In this document: positions 1 to 9,700 of the stretch, in pieces
How the letters are laid out: each line of letters opens with the position of its first letter
How positions within the stretch are numbered: position 1 is the stretch's first letter
Origin: Mantamonas sphyraenae STR306
Lineage: Eukaryota; Protista; CRuMs
Direction: 5' to 3'
Length of the DNA stretch: 64,000 nt
NCBI GenBank assembly: GCA_026936335.1
Contig: JAPMXV010000046.1
Coordinates: 310,001 to 374,000 of the forward strand
The notes under the pieces: generated by a model
What the model saw: the letters and a program-made list of their open reading frames with translations, nothing else
The model's database searches: none
What the model was told of the DNA's origin: nothing
Translations under genes and position numbers: made by a program

Positions 1-3000
1 GTTGGCGCGGTTGTGGCGCAGGGCGTCGTTGTAGTAGGTAAACGCGTTCTCGTACGAGCGCTTGCTGCGGTGGAATTCGGCCAGGTCGAAGCAGATGTCG
101 CTGAGCACCTCATTCTGGGCAGAGACAAGCTCCTTCTGCTCGCCCTTGATCATGTTGATGACGGTCTGCTGTGTGGAACGGGCGGTGCCGAGGTCCTCGA
201 TGGCGGCGTCGATGAGCTTCTCGCCCTGGTGGACCTGCGAGAGGAGGCGCAGGAACTTGACGTCCCAAATAAAGGTTTGCACGTCGTCGCCGTCCTTGCT
301 CTCGTCCTTGAGGGCGGCGTTGAGGACGTAGGTGCTCTTGCTGTACTGCTTGAGGCGTTTGTACAGGACGGCGAGGTCATAGCGCAGGGCAAACTTGCGC
401 GGGTCGGCCTGGACGGCTGCTTCGTAGTACTCAATGGCCTTGCCATAGTCGTGGGTACTGACGAGGGCGCGTCCGATCTTGCTGGCGAGGGCGGCGTCTT
501 TGGGATCGAGCTCGAGGGCGGATTCGTATGCGGCGACGGCAGCTTCGGGATCCTGGATGCGCATGTTTGCGTCGCCGAGGAGGATGTACGTGTGTGTGCT
601 GGGGTTGACCTCGGCCATGTTTTCGTAGCAGCGTACGTAGGCCTTGCGGTTCTTGCGATGCTGCAGGTAGATTTCAGCCATTTCGGTCTTGGCCTTCATG
701 TAGTGGGGCATCTTGTGGGTGATGGAGTCGAGGGTTTCGAGGGCGCTCTCGATGGCGCCGCGGAGGACGGCAAACTTTGCGTTGGCAATGAGGACGCGCA
801 CGTGTTCGCTGGTGCCCTGAAACTCGTTGAGGGCATCCTGCAGGGCCTTGGCCGCCTCGTGGTTGCGTCCGCTGCGTGCATAGACCTCACCGAGCTCGAG
901 GTAGAGGGAGCAGCGGAGATGAAGGGGCACGTCGCCGTAGACGGAGGCCTGGGCACGGGAGCTGCCCGGATCAGTGACGCCCGGGAGCTTCATGCCGGCC
1001 TCGAGCACCTGAAGGGCCTCGTCCATGTTGCCTACTTTCTGGTTGACCTTTGCGGTGATGAGGTGGTACAAGGGCGACTCGCGCACTTCAAAGTTGTGGC
1101 TGAGAGCCATGCTGAGGGCCTCAGAGGCGGCACGGTACTGGTTCTGGTGGAGGAGGATCTGTGTGCGCAGAAGGTGGGCCTCGGAAAAGTCGCTCTTGAG
1201 GCGGAAGCATGTGTTTGCTGCGCTTTCGGCCTCGTCCATGCGGTTGGCGAGATAGTGGGCTTTGGCGAGGAGATGCTGGCCCTGAATGTTGCCCGGCAGG
1301 TGTTTGACAATGAGTTTGAGGAGGGAGGTGGCGCGCTTGAGGACAGGGTGGGGCGGGTCGCTGGGGTCCGCGGGCTCGGAGCCACAGAAGGAGAGGAGCT
1401 GGGTGGCAATGGAGACCATGAAATCGGCATCGAAGCGGTAGTAGTAGTAGTGGTCGTGGGCCATGGTCTTGAGGTCCTTGACATGGAGAGTCATGGCCTC
1501 GATGAGCAACTGCAAACACTTCTTGTTGCTCTTGGTGCCCTTGCGCCTGCGCAAGAGGAGGGCGTTGAGGTAAACGGCCATGGAGGTTTTGCCGACGGTG
1601 GTTTCGATGTCCGAGAGGAACTCGAGCTGCTGCTGGGCGTCCTCAACGTTGCCCTGGAGGATTTGGCAGTGGATGATGCCGTTGAGAGCCTCCATGTTGA
1701 GCTGGTCGACCTTGAAGGCGGCGCGATACGAGGCCATGGCAGTCTGCAGGTCGTTGAGCATGATGTGGATGAGGCCGTGTTCGGTGGAGAACTGGCTGTT
1801 GTTGGGTTCGAGCTGCAGGGCCTTTTCCACGTACTGAAGGGAGGCGTTGAGAACTCTGCAAGGGCGGGTGTGTCAGTCGAGTGGAAGGGGGGTGGGACCG
1901 GGTGCCGCGGGTTCACGTACTGAGTGGATCGGCCGCTGAGACGGACCACAGGTTGGACAACCTGGAGGTAGAGGGCGCCATTGGCAGGCTCTGAACGCTC
2001 GAGCATGCGGAGGAGGTCATCGAGAAGCTGTGCGGCCTCGTCGTAGTTGCACTGCTGCACGAGCTGGTAGAGGATGTCGATGCGAGTGGCGTCAATGTCG
2101 CCGCGCGCATCGTACTGCCTGCAGAGGTCGACGGCCTGCTCCCAGTCGCCAATCTTGACGAGGACCATGGCCTTGGTGGAAAGAGCAGGGGTGAACCAGG
2201 AATGGTTGGCAATGATGTCGTTGAGGGTGTCGAGGGCTTCCTGGTACTGGGAGTTGAGCTCAAAGTAGCGCGCCTTTCCCATCATGGCCTGTGTTGAGGG
2301 GAAAGGGAGGCACGAGAGAGGGTGCAGGAGGCATGCGGCCGGCAGGAGCGAGCGCAGGCGCACAGAAAAGGTGTGAGTGGCAGGGTGGGGGCGAAAGGGG
2401 CATTTTGGCGCGCGCGGATTCCTCAACGCACATCGACATCGTTGCCAGAAGTCATGCCAATGGCCTTGTCAAACATTTCGATGCACTGGTTCATCTGAGA
2501 TGGGATGCCCGTGGCAAGAAGGGCCCAACCAAGCATGCTGTAGGGCTCTGCAGTGCGGCTGTTGAGGGAAATAGCCTGTGCGAGGAAAAACGGTTGGTGG
2601 ACGGTGGTGAGCCGGAGACGATCAGGAGGGCAAAAGGCGGGCGATAGGCACGGAAGGACAGACCTGTTCGGCACATGCAATGGCGCGTTCAGACTGGCCA
2701 GTGTGTGTGAAGAAGAGGGAGGCGACAGAGTAGGCCTGTTCACTGGCATGGCCCTCCTCAGAGGAGTAGCGCGCCGACCACTCGTTGACTGCCTCCTCGT
2801 CGACGCGGGCCATTCGCTGGTGAGCATGAACCATGGCGGCACTGGCTGCGAGGATGGTGTCACGCTGTTTGGCAATGACTTCGTACTCGCGTGTGGCCTC
2901 GCTGGGATTTCCTTCCATGCACTCGCCAAAGCCTTTCCAGAACACGTTGATGGGATCGTTGCCCTTCTTGTTGAGCTCGTCCTGGCAATGCCGCTGCAGC

Positions 3001-3062
3001 TGGCGCCAGTAGCCGTGCTGTACATAGTGGTTGACCCACGTACGCATGCGTGTGTCAGCCAT
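1..3062 (-). CDS. TTC21B: Intraflagellar transport complex A protein IFT139/TTC21B (TPR protein); 3' end runs off the window
   Basis: Hand-spliced exons 3062-2664, 2575-2432, 2288-1921, 1855-<1 (GT-AG, phases consistent). N-terminus MADTRMRTWVNHYVQHGYWRQLQ...FWKGFGECMEGNPSEATREY and later ALSHNFEVRESPLYHLI match TTC21B; TPR-like helices throughout. Confidence 0.9.
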
Positions 3063-3140
3063 TGCTGGTGGTTGTGTCTTGGCGGGGGGGAATGGTTGGC
3101 AGAGCGGGCGCGGGGTCGGAAACAACAAGCGTTGGCAGCC

Positions 3141-6100
3141 ATGCACACCTCACCGTTCCGCTTTCTCAGTGCGGAACAGCTCAAGGTGATGCAAGAGGTG
3201 ACGGGGGAAGCGGATGATGCCGGAAGGGGTGCAGGGGGAGGTGTGGGGGCGGTTGAGGAGTCGGGTCTAACGGTTGAGAATCTGACGGCCAACGACCCGG
3301 CGCTGGGAAACCGCATCGATGGCTTCCTGGCGTCATTGGACCGAGAAGAGGCGGCGCAAGGCAGTGCGGGGTCACGGAGGGATGGGTCCGATGGTAACTC
3401 GGAGAGCTCAGAGGAGCTGGAGGAGGTTCGGGACTCGAGCAGCGTGAGAGCCAGACGCAGCTCCATGGCGGTACCGGGCATGGGAAAGGCAGGAAGGGTG
3501 GACGACGGTACTGGAGAAGGGGACGGGGAGGAAGAGGAGGAAGAGGATGAAGATCTGGAAAGGCAGGAGAAGCTTGCCGGGCGTGGGTTGGAGTCGTCGC
3601 GGCTACTTTTGCAGCAGCACGTGGCGTTCCTGGACAGTGGGTTGAAGCCCGAGCTTCTGAAGGAGTACGACGACGTGGAAGCGACGATGGCAAAGGTGAA
3701 CAAACAAACAGAGAAGCTGGCGTCGCTGTTGAAGCTGCACTTTCTGGAGCTGGAGTACGCGCAGACGGCGCAGCGTGAGCGGGAGCAGGAGATTCGGAAA
3801 ACGGCAGACGCAACGGCGAGCAGACAGGCGTATGTGATGATGCGGCAACAGAACATGGAACGGACTGCTGCGGAGCAGGGGCGTGTGTTGAAGCAGGTGT
3901 TGGAGGAGGTGCGTACGAGCAACACCGAGGCGGCGGAGAACCTGCTGGTGGCCATGCACGACCTGTCGCTGGTGAACGAGTCTGCACACGACGTCAACAG
4001 GTACCTGGACGTGTTGGAAGTGAGCCAGGGCGGACAACAGCGTGTGTCTGGAGGCAACGGGGGCGGCGGGAGTGGATCGGGGAGCAGCAGCAAAGGACGG
4101 ACGATGCTGGCGATGTGTGGCATCGAAGGAGTCAACCAGTTGTGGGAACAGGAGCCAGAGGCAATGGCGGCGGCGGTGCAAACGTACGCGGCGCTGGTGC
4201 GTCAGCTGTGTGCAGAGTTGGGCGGCGTGGAGGTGGAGTCGGACGCACACAGTTTCCTTCTGACATGGCGAGGCGACGAGGCGGCGCAGTGTGTACAGTT
4301 TGCAATCAGTCTGCAAGAGTTGCTTGTGGAGCAGGAGTGGCCCAAGGCGCTCCTTGGGCACCCGCTGTGTGCGACGGTGACGGACAAGCACACGCGGCAG
4401 CCGTTGTCGCGGGGCCTGCCTGTGGTGTGTGCGGTGCACCAGGGTTATCCCGTGCGTGCACAGCATCCCATTCGTGGCACCGAAACGGTGGAGGGCGCTG
4501 TGGTATCCAAGGTGGCCGCCATGTTGCGGTGCGGCCACGGGGGACAGACGGTGGTGAGCGAAGCGGTGGCCACGGGCATCGACTCTCAGGATGGGAGTGT
4601 GCACGTGCATGCGCTGGGCAAGCACGCATTGCACGGCGTGGACGGCAGCGAGGCGTTGTACCATTTGCTGCCTGCATCGTTGGCAAACCGAACATTTGCC
4701 CCTCTGCGCACGGTGACGAACGGCATCGATGCGCAAGAAACACAGGCGTCTGTGTGGGCACCGACAAAGACGTTTACGCGTGCGTCTGCCACGCTGCGTG
4801 CGCTAAACAGCACCATGGACGACGTGGGCGGCAAGGTGTTGAACATCCAAACGGGCTTGCATGCGGTGGACAAGGCGGTGGAGGCTGCCAGCAAGCATGT
4901 GGTGGCCCTGGGCAACGAAGAGGACGAGTTGAAGGCGAAGGTGAAGGTGAAAAGGACGGCGTCGGAAAAGCTTCAGGATGATGACAAGGGAGACGACGGC
5001 ACGCATGAGGAGACGAAGGAGGAGAAAGAGGCCCGCGAGAGCGACCGCAGGCGCACGGTGGTGTTTGGGAAACTGAACCAGTCGTTGGAAGACTTTCGGT
5101 TGCAGGTGGAACAGCAGGCGCAGGAGGAATCGGCGCGTGTGGAGCGACGACGATCGAGTGTGGCCCTGTCTGTGCCCGAGGCACTATCGCGTGCGGGATC
5201 GACCAACTCGCGGCGCAGCAGCAGTGTGAGCATGCGCGATCAGCAGGCGTTGGGTGCGGGGGGACCGCTGGTGAGCCGATCGACGTCCTTTTTTGCAGAT
5301 GGCAAGGCAGACCGGATCCAGGGCCTGGAGATGGCGTGGCGAGAGGTGGAACAAGAGCGAGCAAAGGCAGTGCAGGAAAACAGAGACAACGCGGTGGCGA
5401 TTGCGTCGATGAATGCACAACTGCAGGAGGAGAGCAACGCCAAACGGGAGATTGCGAGTGCGTTGAAAAGCACAGTGACGACGGCGTTGACGCTCAAGGC
5501 AGACATCCATTCGACGAAAGTGCGAAGCATGTATGATGCGACGTCGCTGATGAAGCGCGTGTCGTATGCGCTGGAGTTGATGGCGTGGCAAGTGAACGAG
5601 TTGCTGCTGGCGAACCTAAACCGCTTCGACAGGCTGTCGCTGGGACTGAAGCGCATTCCAAAGCCGAATGCGACCGTATCGTCGTCGTCATCATCGTCGT
5701 CATCGTCGTCGTCGTCGAGGCCACAGACACGGTCGGGCCGGTTGGAAGGGAGTGCGGGAGGGAACGTGTCAGAGGACACCGTGCGTCGTCCAGCAACGAG
5801 TCGCGGGGTGGAAGAGGTCAAGGTGCCGCACAAGAGGGTGGTGGCACTGGACAAGCTGGCGCTGGGACAGGGAGCCGGAGCCGGAGGAGTACGACGTCCG
5901 TCTACGTCGTCGCCGCGTGGTCGACGGCATGCAGGCGCGTCGCTATCGCCACGCAGGGTTTCTGTGCAAGTGCCATCTGTGACGGGTGCGAGCACGCCGG
6001 CGATGATGACGATTGCGTCTGCGAGCACGCTCACGCCGCGCAAGATTGTTGATTTTTCGCGCAGTTTGGAACGGATGCCAATCCGGAAGCTGGCGGATGC

Positions 6101-6281
6101 AACGGTGAAGAAGAGCATGTACGAGTTTGAAATCCTGCAGGAGCAGGCGGATGCAAAGGACGAGATGGATACGGTGCGGCAGCTATGCGTGGATGGGCTC
6201 CGGCTGATTGATGTGCAGCAGCAAGTGGAGTCTGTGGACAACGAGAGGCTGATGGAGAGATGGAGAAAAGCCAAAAGGTAA
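3141..6281 (+). CDS. Coiled-coil protein with a degenerate class III nucleotidyl cyclase domain
   Basis: ATG 3141 (MHTSPFRF) within ORF 2553-6281. ~4096-4710 reads LWEQEPEAM...GGVEVE...QELLVEQEWPKALL...RGLPVVCAVHQG...GHGGQTVVSE, the fungal/trypanosome-type adenylyl cyclase pattern, flanked by coiled coils. Confidence 0.75.
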   Translation: MHTSPFRFLSAEQLKVMQEVTGEADDAGRGAGGGVGAVEESGLTVENLTANDPALGNRIDGFLASLDREEAAQGSAGSRRDGSDGNSESSEELEEVRDSSSVRARRSSMAVPGMGKAGRVDDGTGEGDGEEEEEEDEDLERQEKLAGRGLESSRLLLQQHVAFLDSGLKPELLKEYDDVEATMAKVNKQTEKLASLLKLHFLELEYAQTAQREREQEIRKTADATASRQAYVMMRQQNMERTAAEQGRVLKQVLEEVRTSNTEAAENLLVAMHDLSLVNESAHDVNRYLDVLEVSQGGQQRVSGGNGGGGSGSGSSSKGRTMLAMCGIEGVNQLWEQEPEAMAAAVQTYAALVRQLCAELGGVEVESDAHSFLLTWRGDEAAQCVQFAISLQELLVEQEWPKALLGHPLCATVTDKHTRQPLSRGLPVVCAVHQGYPVRAQHPIRGTETVEGAVVSKVAAMLRCGHGGQTVVSEAVATGIDSQDGSVHVHALGKHALHGVDGSEALYHLLPASLANRTFAPLRTVTNGIDAQETQASVWAPTKTFTRASATLRALNSTMDDVGGKVLNIQTGLHAVDKAVEAASKHVVALGNEEDELKAKVKVKRTASEKLQDDDKGDDGTHEETKEEKEARESDRRRTVVFGKLNQSLEDFRLQVEQQAQEESARVERRRSSVALSVPEALSRAGSTNSRRSSSVSMRDQQALGAGGPLVSRSTSFFADGKADRIQGLEMAWREVEQERAKAVQENRDNAVAIASMNAQLQEESNAKREIASALKSTVTTALTLKADIHSTKVRSMYDATSLMKRVSYALELMAWQVNELLLANLNRFDRLSLGLKRIPKPNATVSSSSSSSSSSSSSRPQTRSGRLEGSAGGNVSEDTVRRPATSRGVEEVKVPHKRVVALDKLALGQGAGAGGVRRPSTSSPRGRRHAGASLSPRRVSVQVPSVTGASTPAMMTIASASTLTPRKIVDFSRSLERMPIRKLADATVKKSMYEFEILQEQADAKDEMDTVRQLCVDGLRLIDVQQQVESVDNERLMERWRKAKR

Positions 6282-6282
6282 A

Positions 6283-8474
6283 TTAGTTGGTTCGCTGTCG
6301 CTTGTGGTCTCCGTCGGACATTTCGTAGTTATAGGGATCGCGTTCTGCTTCTTCACCGTCGTCCGCCTCGTCAAAGGTGTACCGGGTGCGTCGCTTGCGT
6401 GTGCTTCTGCGTGTGGACTTGCGGCGACTGGCAGTAAACTTGCGGGGGGGTGGAGGGGTGGCTGTGGCCGGCGAGGCAGCTTCACGGCGCGAGGCGGTGA
6501 CGCTAAAGAGCTTGGGTTTGATGTCACTGGCAGGCGATGCACTGGCACTCGCAAGGGGCGTGGTGACAGGGGACGAGCGAAGGAGGCGGGACGGCGTGTG
6601 TGGTTTGAGGTGCATGCGGTGCACGGGCGATGCCATTTCGAAGGGGACCGGCTCGGGACGCTTGCGTCGAAATGCACCCAACACCACGCTGCTGCTCACA
6701 CTTGTCTTGTTGCTGCCGGAGTGCTTCTTGCTTGCCCAGGATTGGGCAATGCGGATGAGGTCATCATCGTCGTCGTCGTCGTCGTCTTCTTCGTCGTCGT
6801 CCTGCGCCATTTCATTTTCCTCGTTGGTTGCGGCAGGTGTGCGAACCGGCTGCTTGATGGGCGAGTTGGACGACGACGGAGTCTCTGCCACAAAATCCTG
6901 TGGGTTGTTTTGTGCTGCTTCGCTGGGAGAGCCGAGGAGGGAGGGTTCGTGAAGATCTGCGTCGACGAGCAGTTCTGAGGAAGCAGAGGAAGAAGAGGAG
7001 GAGGAAGAGGAGGTGGAGGAGGAGGCAGGTCGAGGGGAAGGGGGAACATGTGCCATGCCCTCAGAGGCATTCTGCTCGGCTGCGTAATCGTCGAGGAGGG
7101 ACATGGTGCGCAGCTGGTCGATAAAGTCGTCGACAAGCTTGTACTTGCTTGAGTTTGTCTTGTTGCCAACATGGACGGTGCTGTCGAGGTGAGCCTCGAG
7201 TGATTCGTATGTACATCCACAGAGCTCACAGTAGCCGCTGCGAGCCTTTCTCCTGCGCTTCTTTTTCGTCTGTGCGGAGTCGGGTTTGACAGGGTGATCA
7301 GAGGCGGCATCTGCGGTGTGCTTGGGGTCATGGTTGGGCGCCGTGGAGGGCAGAGTTGGGCCGTGGAGGGTGGTGGCGTGGTTGGGTTTGTGCGTGTGTT
7401 GTGTGTCCATGGCGTCATCGGGTGTCTGAGCCTGCTGCTGCTTGGCGGCAGCCTTGGCGCGCTTTCGCTCGAGGCGTTCGTGCCAGTCGGGCAGGTTGCG
7501 GAAGGCCGAGTGCGGTGCATGGGTGCCTGTGGTAATGAGAACATCAAACTCGTCGGGGTAGCCTTTGTACATGGAGCGGTAGATGCGTTCGATGGGACGG
7601 TAGATGCCGCTGGTGTCGATGATCTTTAGCGTTTTGCGTGCGTATTTCTGGAGCTTGTGGGTGCGTACTTGGGAGCGCACGTGCATGCCCGAGACGTGGA
7701 TGCCGTGGGAATGTGGTGTGCGCGTGCCCCGGTCCAGCTTGGACAGCATATGGTCCACGGTGGTCACTTTCAGGCCACGATCAAGCGCTCGGCTGAGGGT
7801 GCTTCGACTTGTCGTCTGCCGCCATTGCTGCTGCTGCTGTTCTGTAAAGGCACGCAGTCGTGCGGCTCGCGAGTTGCCTGGCACGCCTCCGCTCATGGCC
7901 TCTCCGGCAGAGCCCTGAGAGGCGCCTCCACTTGCGGGCGACATGGCCATCGAGTACGGGGTGCTGCTGAACGGGGATTGCAGCGCCGTGCGCGGCGTAT
8001 CTGTGGTCTGAGCCGCATGTACACCTTGCCTCTGCTTCCACAATCGCTTCTCCTGTGTGTGCGTGGCACGTGTGTGGTGTCAGCACGGGTGATGCTAGCA
8101 CAGGGAGTGCGTGAAACTTGAACCGAGCAATTTTGGCGCGAAGTGTCATCACACCCACCTTGGCCAGCCGTTCCCGGCTCGTAATAAATACATCGATTGC
8201 GCTGGGTTCAAAGAACGTCTGCAGCTTCTGTGGGGGCGTGTGACGGACAAGGGGAAAGGGAACGGGAATGAGGGAGCGGTGGCGTGTGTCAGAGCGTGGA
8301 GGTGATGAAGTGCAGAAGAGAGGCATTGCGGTGTCAACGCACCATGCCACGGTGCTGCATGGCGAGTATCAACTGCTCGGCGCCTGGGTGGCGCTTGAGC
8401 ATGTCATCGACGTAGTACGTCGTCCCGTGGCGTCCACTGCGCTCCTTGTCCTTGTCTCGGGCGCGTGACGACAT
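6283..8474 (-). CDS. DBF4: Dbf4/ASK-like Cdc7 kinase regulatory subunit (motifs N, M and C zinc finger)
   Basis: Exons 8474-8343, 8227-8159, 8052-6283. Motif N/BRCT (YYVDDM...KLQTFFEPSAIDVFITSR...ALDRGLKV), motif M (LKIIDTSGIYRPI...YP), DBF zinc finger (GYCELCGCTYESLEAHLDSTVH). Confidence 0.8.
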
Positions 8475-8626
8475 CGGTCTGGTCGCGCTGGGGTAGCCAG
8501 TGCTGTGCAAACAGGAAGATGTTGCCGCGCGGCGGGCGCCATCGGTCGCTGAACACCCTAGTGCATTTCCTGCACAAGCGACAGAGAGGGGAGGAAGAAG
8601 AAGAGGAGGAGGAGGATGGGACAGGC

Positions 8627-9619
8627 ATGGAGGAGCGTGGAGAGAGCCCGCCGGCGCAAAAGCGGCAGCGCGTCGTGCCTGCCATGAGTCCCTCCGTCAA
8701 CAGAGTCAAAGGGAGTTCGTTTGTGCAGTGTCCCGTGTGCAACCGTAGTGTGATTAGCCTGCTCATCAACCAGCATTTGGATCTTGGGTGCGAAACGGGC
8801 CTCGGGAAGGAAACGGGATCTCGATCGGGAACCGGCCAAGCGCTGCTGAAGCATTTTTCGCCCAAGGTCAGCCTGAGCGGACCTCAACTGCAGCGAAACG
8901 TAGCACCGTCGACAGAATCGGCAGCGGCTCTCAGCGCAGCCACGTCTGTGACTGGAGCGAGTGTGTGGTCGCCGCATCAGCGACGTTTTGTTCAGAAGGG
9001 GGTGCGTGAAATCACGCTGGACGGCGCCACGCTCCACATCCACTCGCATTTTGTGGATACAGACAGCAGCAGAGCCCTCGAGGAGCACCTGATGGAAAAG
9101 TCCAACTGGAGGCGCACTGAGTACACGTTTGGGAAGAACGGAAACACAAAGACGGTGATCTCCCCGAGGCTCTTTGACACGTACAGCAAGGCGTCGCTGC
9201 TGCAGGCGAGGAAGGAGTGGGGCGGAGGCGAAGACGACATGTATCGGTCTCAGCCGATGACGGCGCCGCTGCTCGATCTGTGCAAGCGTGTGGAGGATGC
9301 GACCGGACACAAATTCAACTTTGTGTTGGTCAATCGCTACGATGACGGGACACAGAGCATCGATTGGCACAGCGACAACGACAAGTATTTGGATCCGGAC
9401 AACCAGGTGATTGCATCTGTGTCTTTGGGGGCTACGCGGGAGTTTGTGTTGCGACGGATCAAGAATCGCAAGGATCGGGTCATGCTGCAGCTGTGCGACG
9501 GCCACTTGCTGGTGATGAGTGGTGAGACGCAGTTCAATTGGGAGCATAGTGTTCCCAAGGCCAAGCATCCCGTTGGCAGGCGGTTGAATTTGACGTTCCG
9601 CAACGTGGTGAAGGCCAGC

Positions 9620-9663
<44 letters not shown>

Positions 9664-9676
9664 CAGCAATGATTAA
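8627..9676 (+). CDS. AlkB-family (ALKBH2/3-like) 2OG-Fe(II) DNA repair dioxygenase with N-terminal UBZ4 zinc finger
   Basis: FNFVLVNRYDDG..SIDWHSD (HxD), IASVSLGATREF, WEHSVPK, RLNLTFR; N-terminal CPVCNRSVISLLINQHLDLGC. Start 8627, or upstream in-frame ATG 8519. Confidence 0.88.
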
Positions 9677-9700
9677 ACTGTACATTTCCATGGATACATC

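Noticed and set aside
13-1923. 636-aa plus-strand ORF
   Set aside because: Antisense shadow of IFT139 in GC-rich coding DNA; the same applies to 9710-11731, 49843-52140 and most short ORFs in the track.
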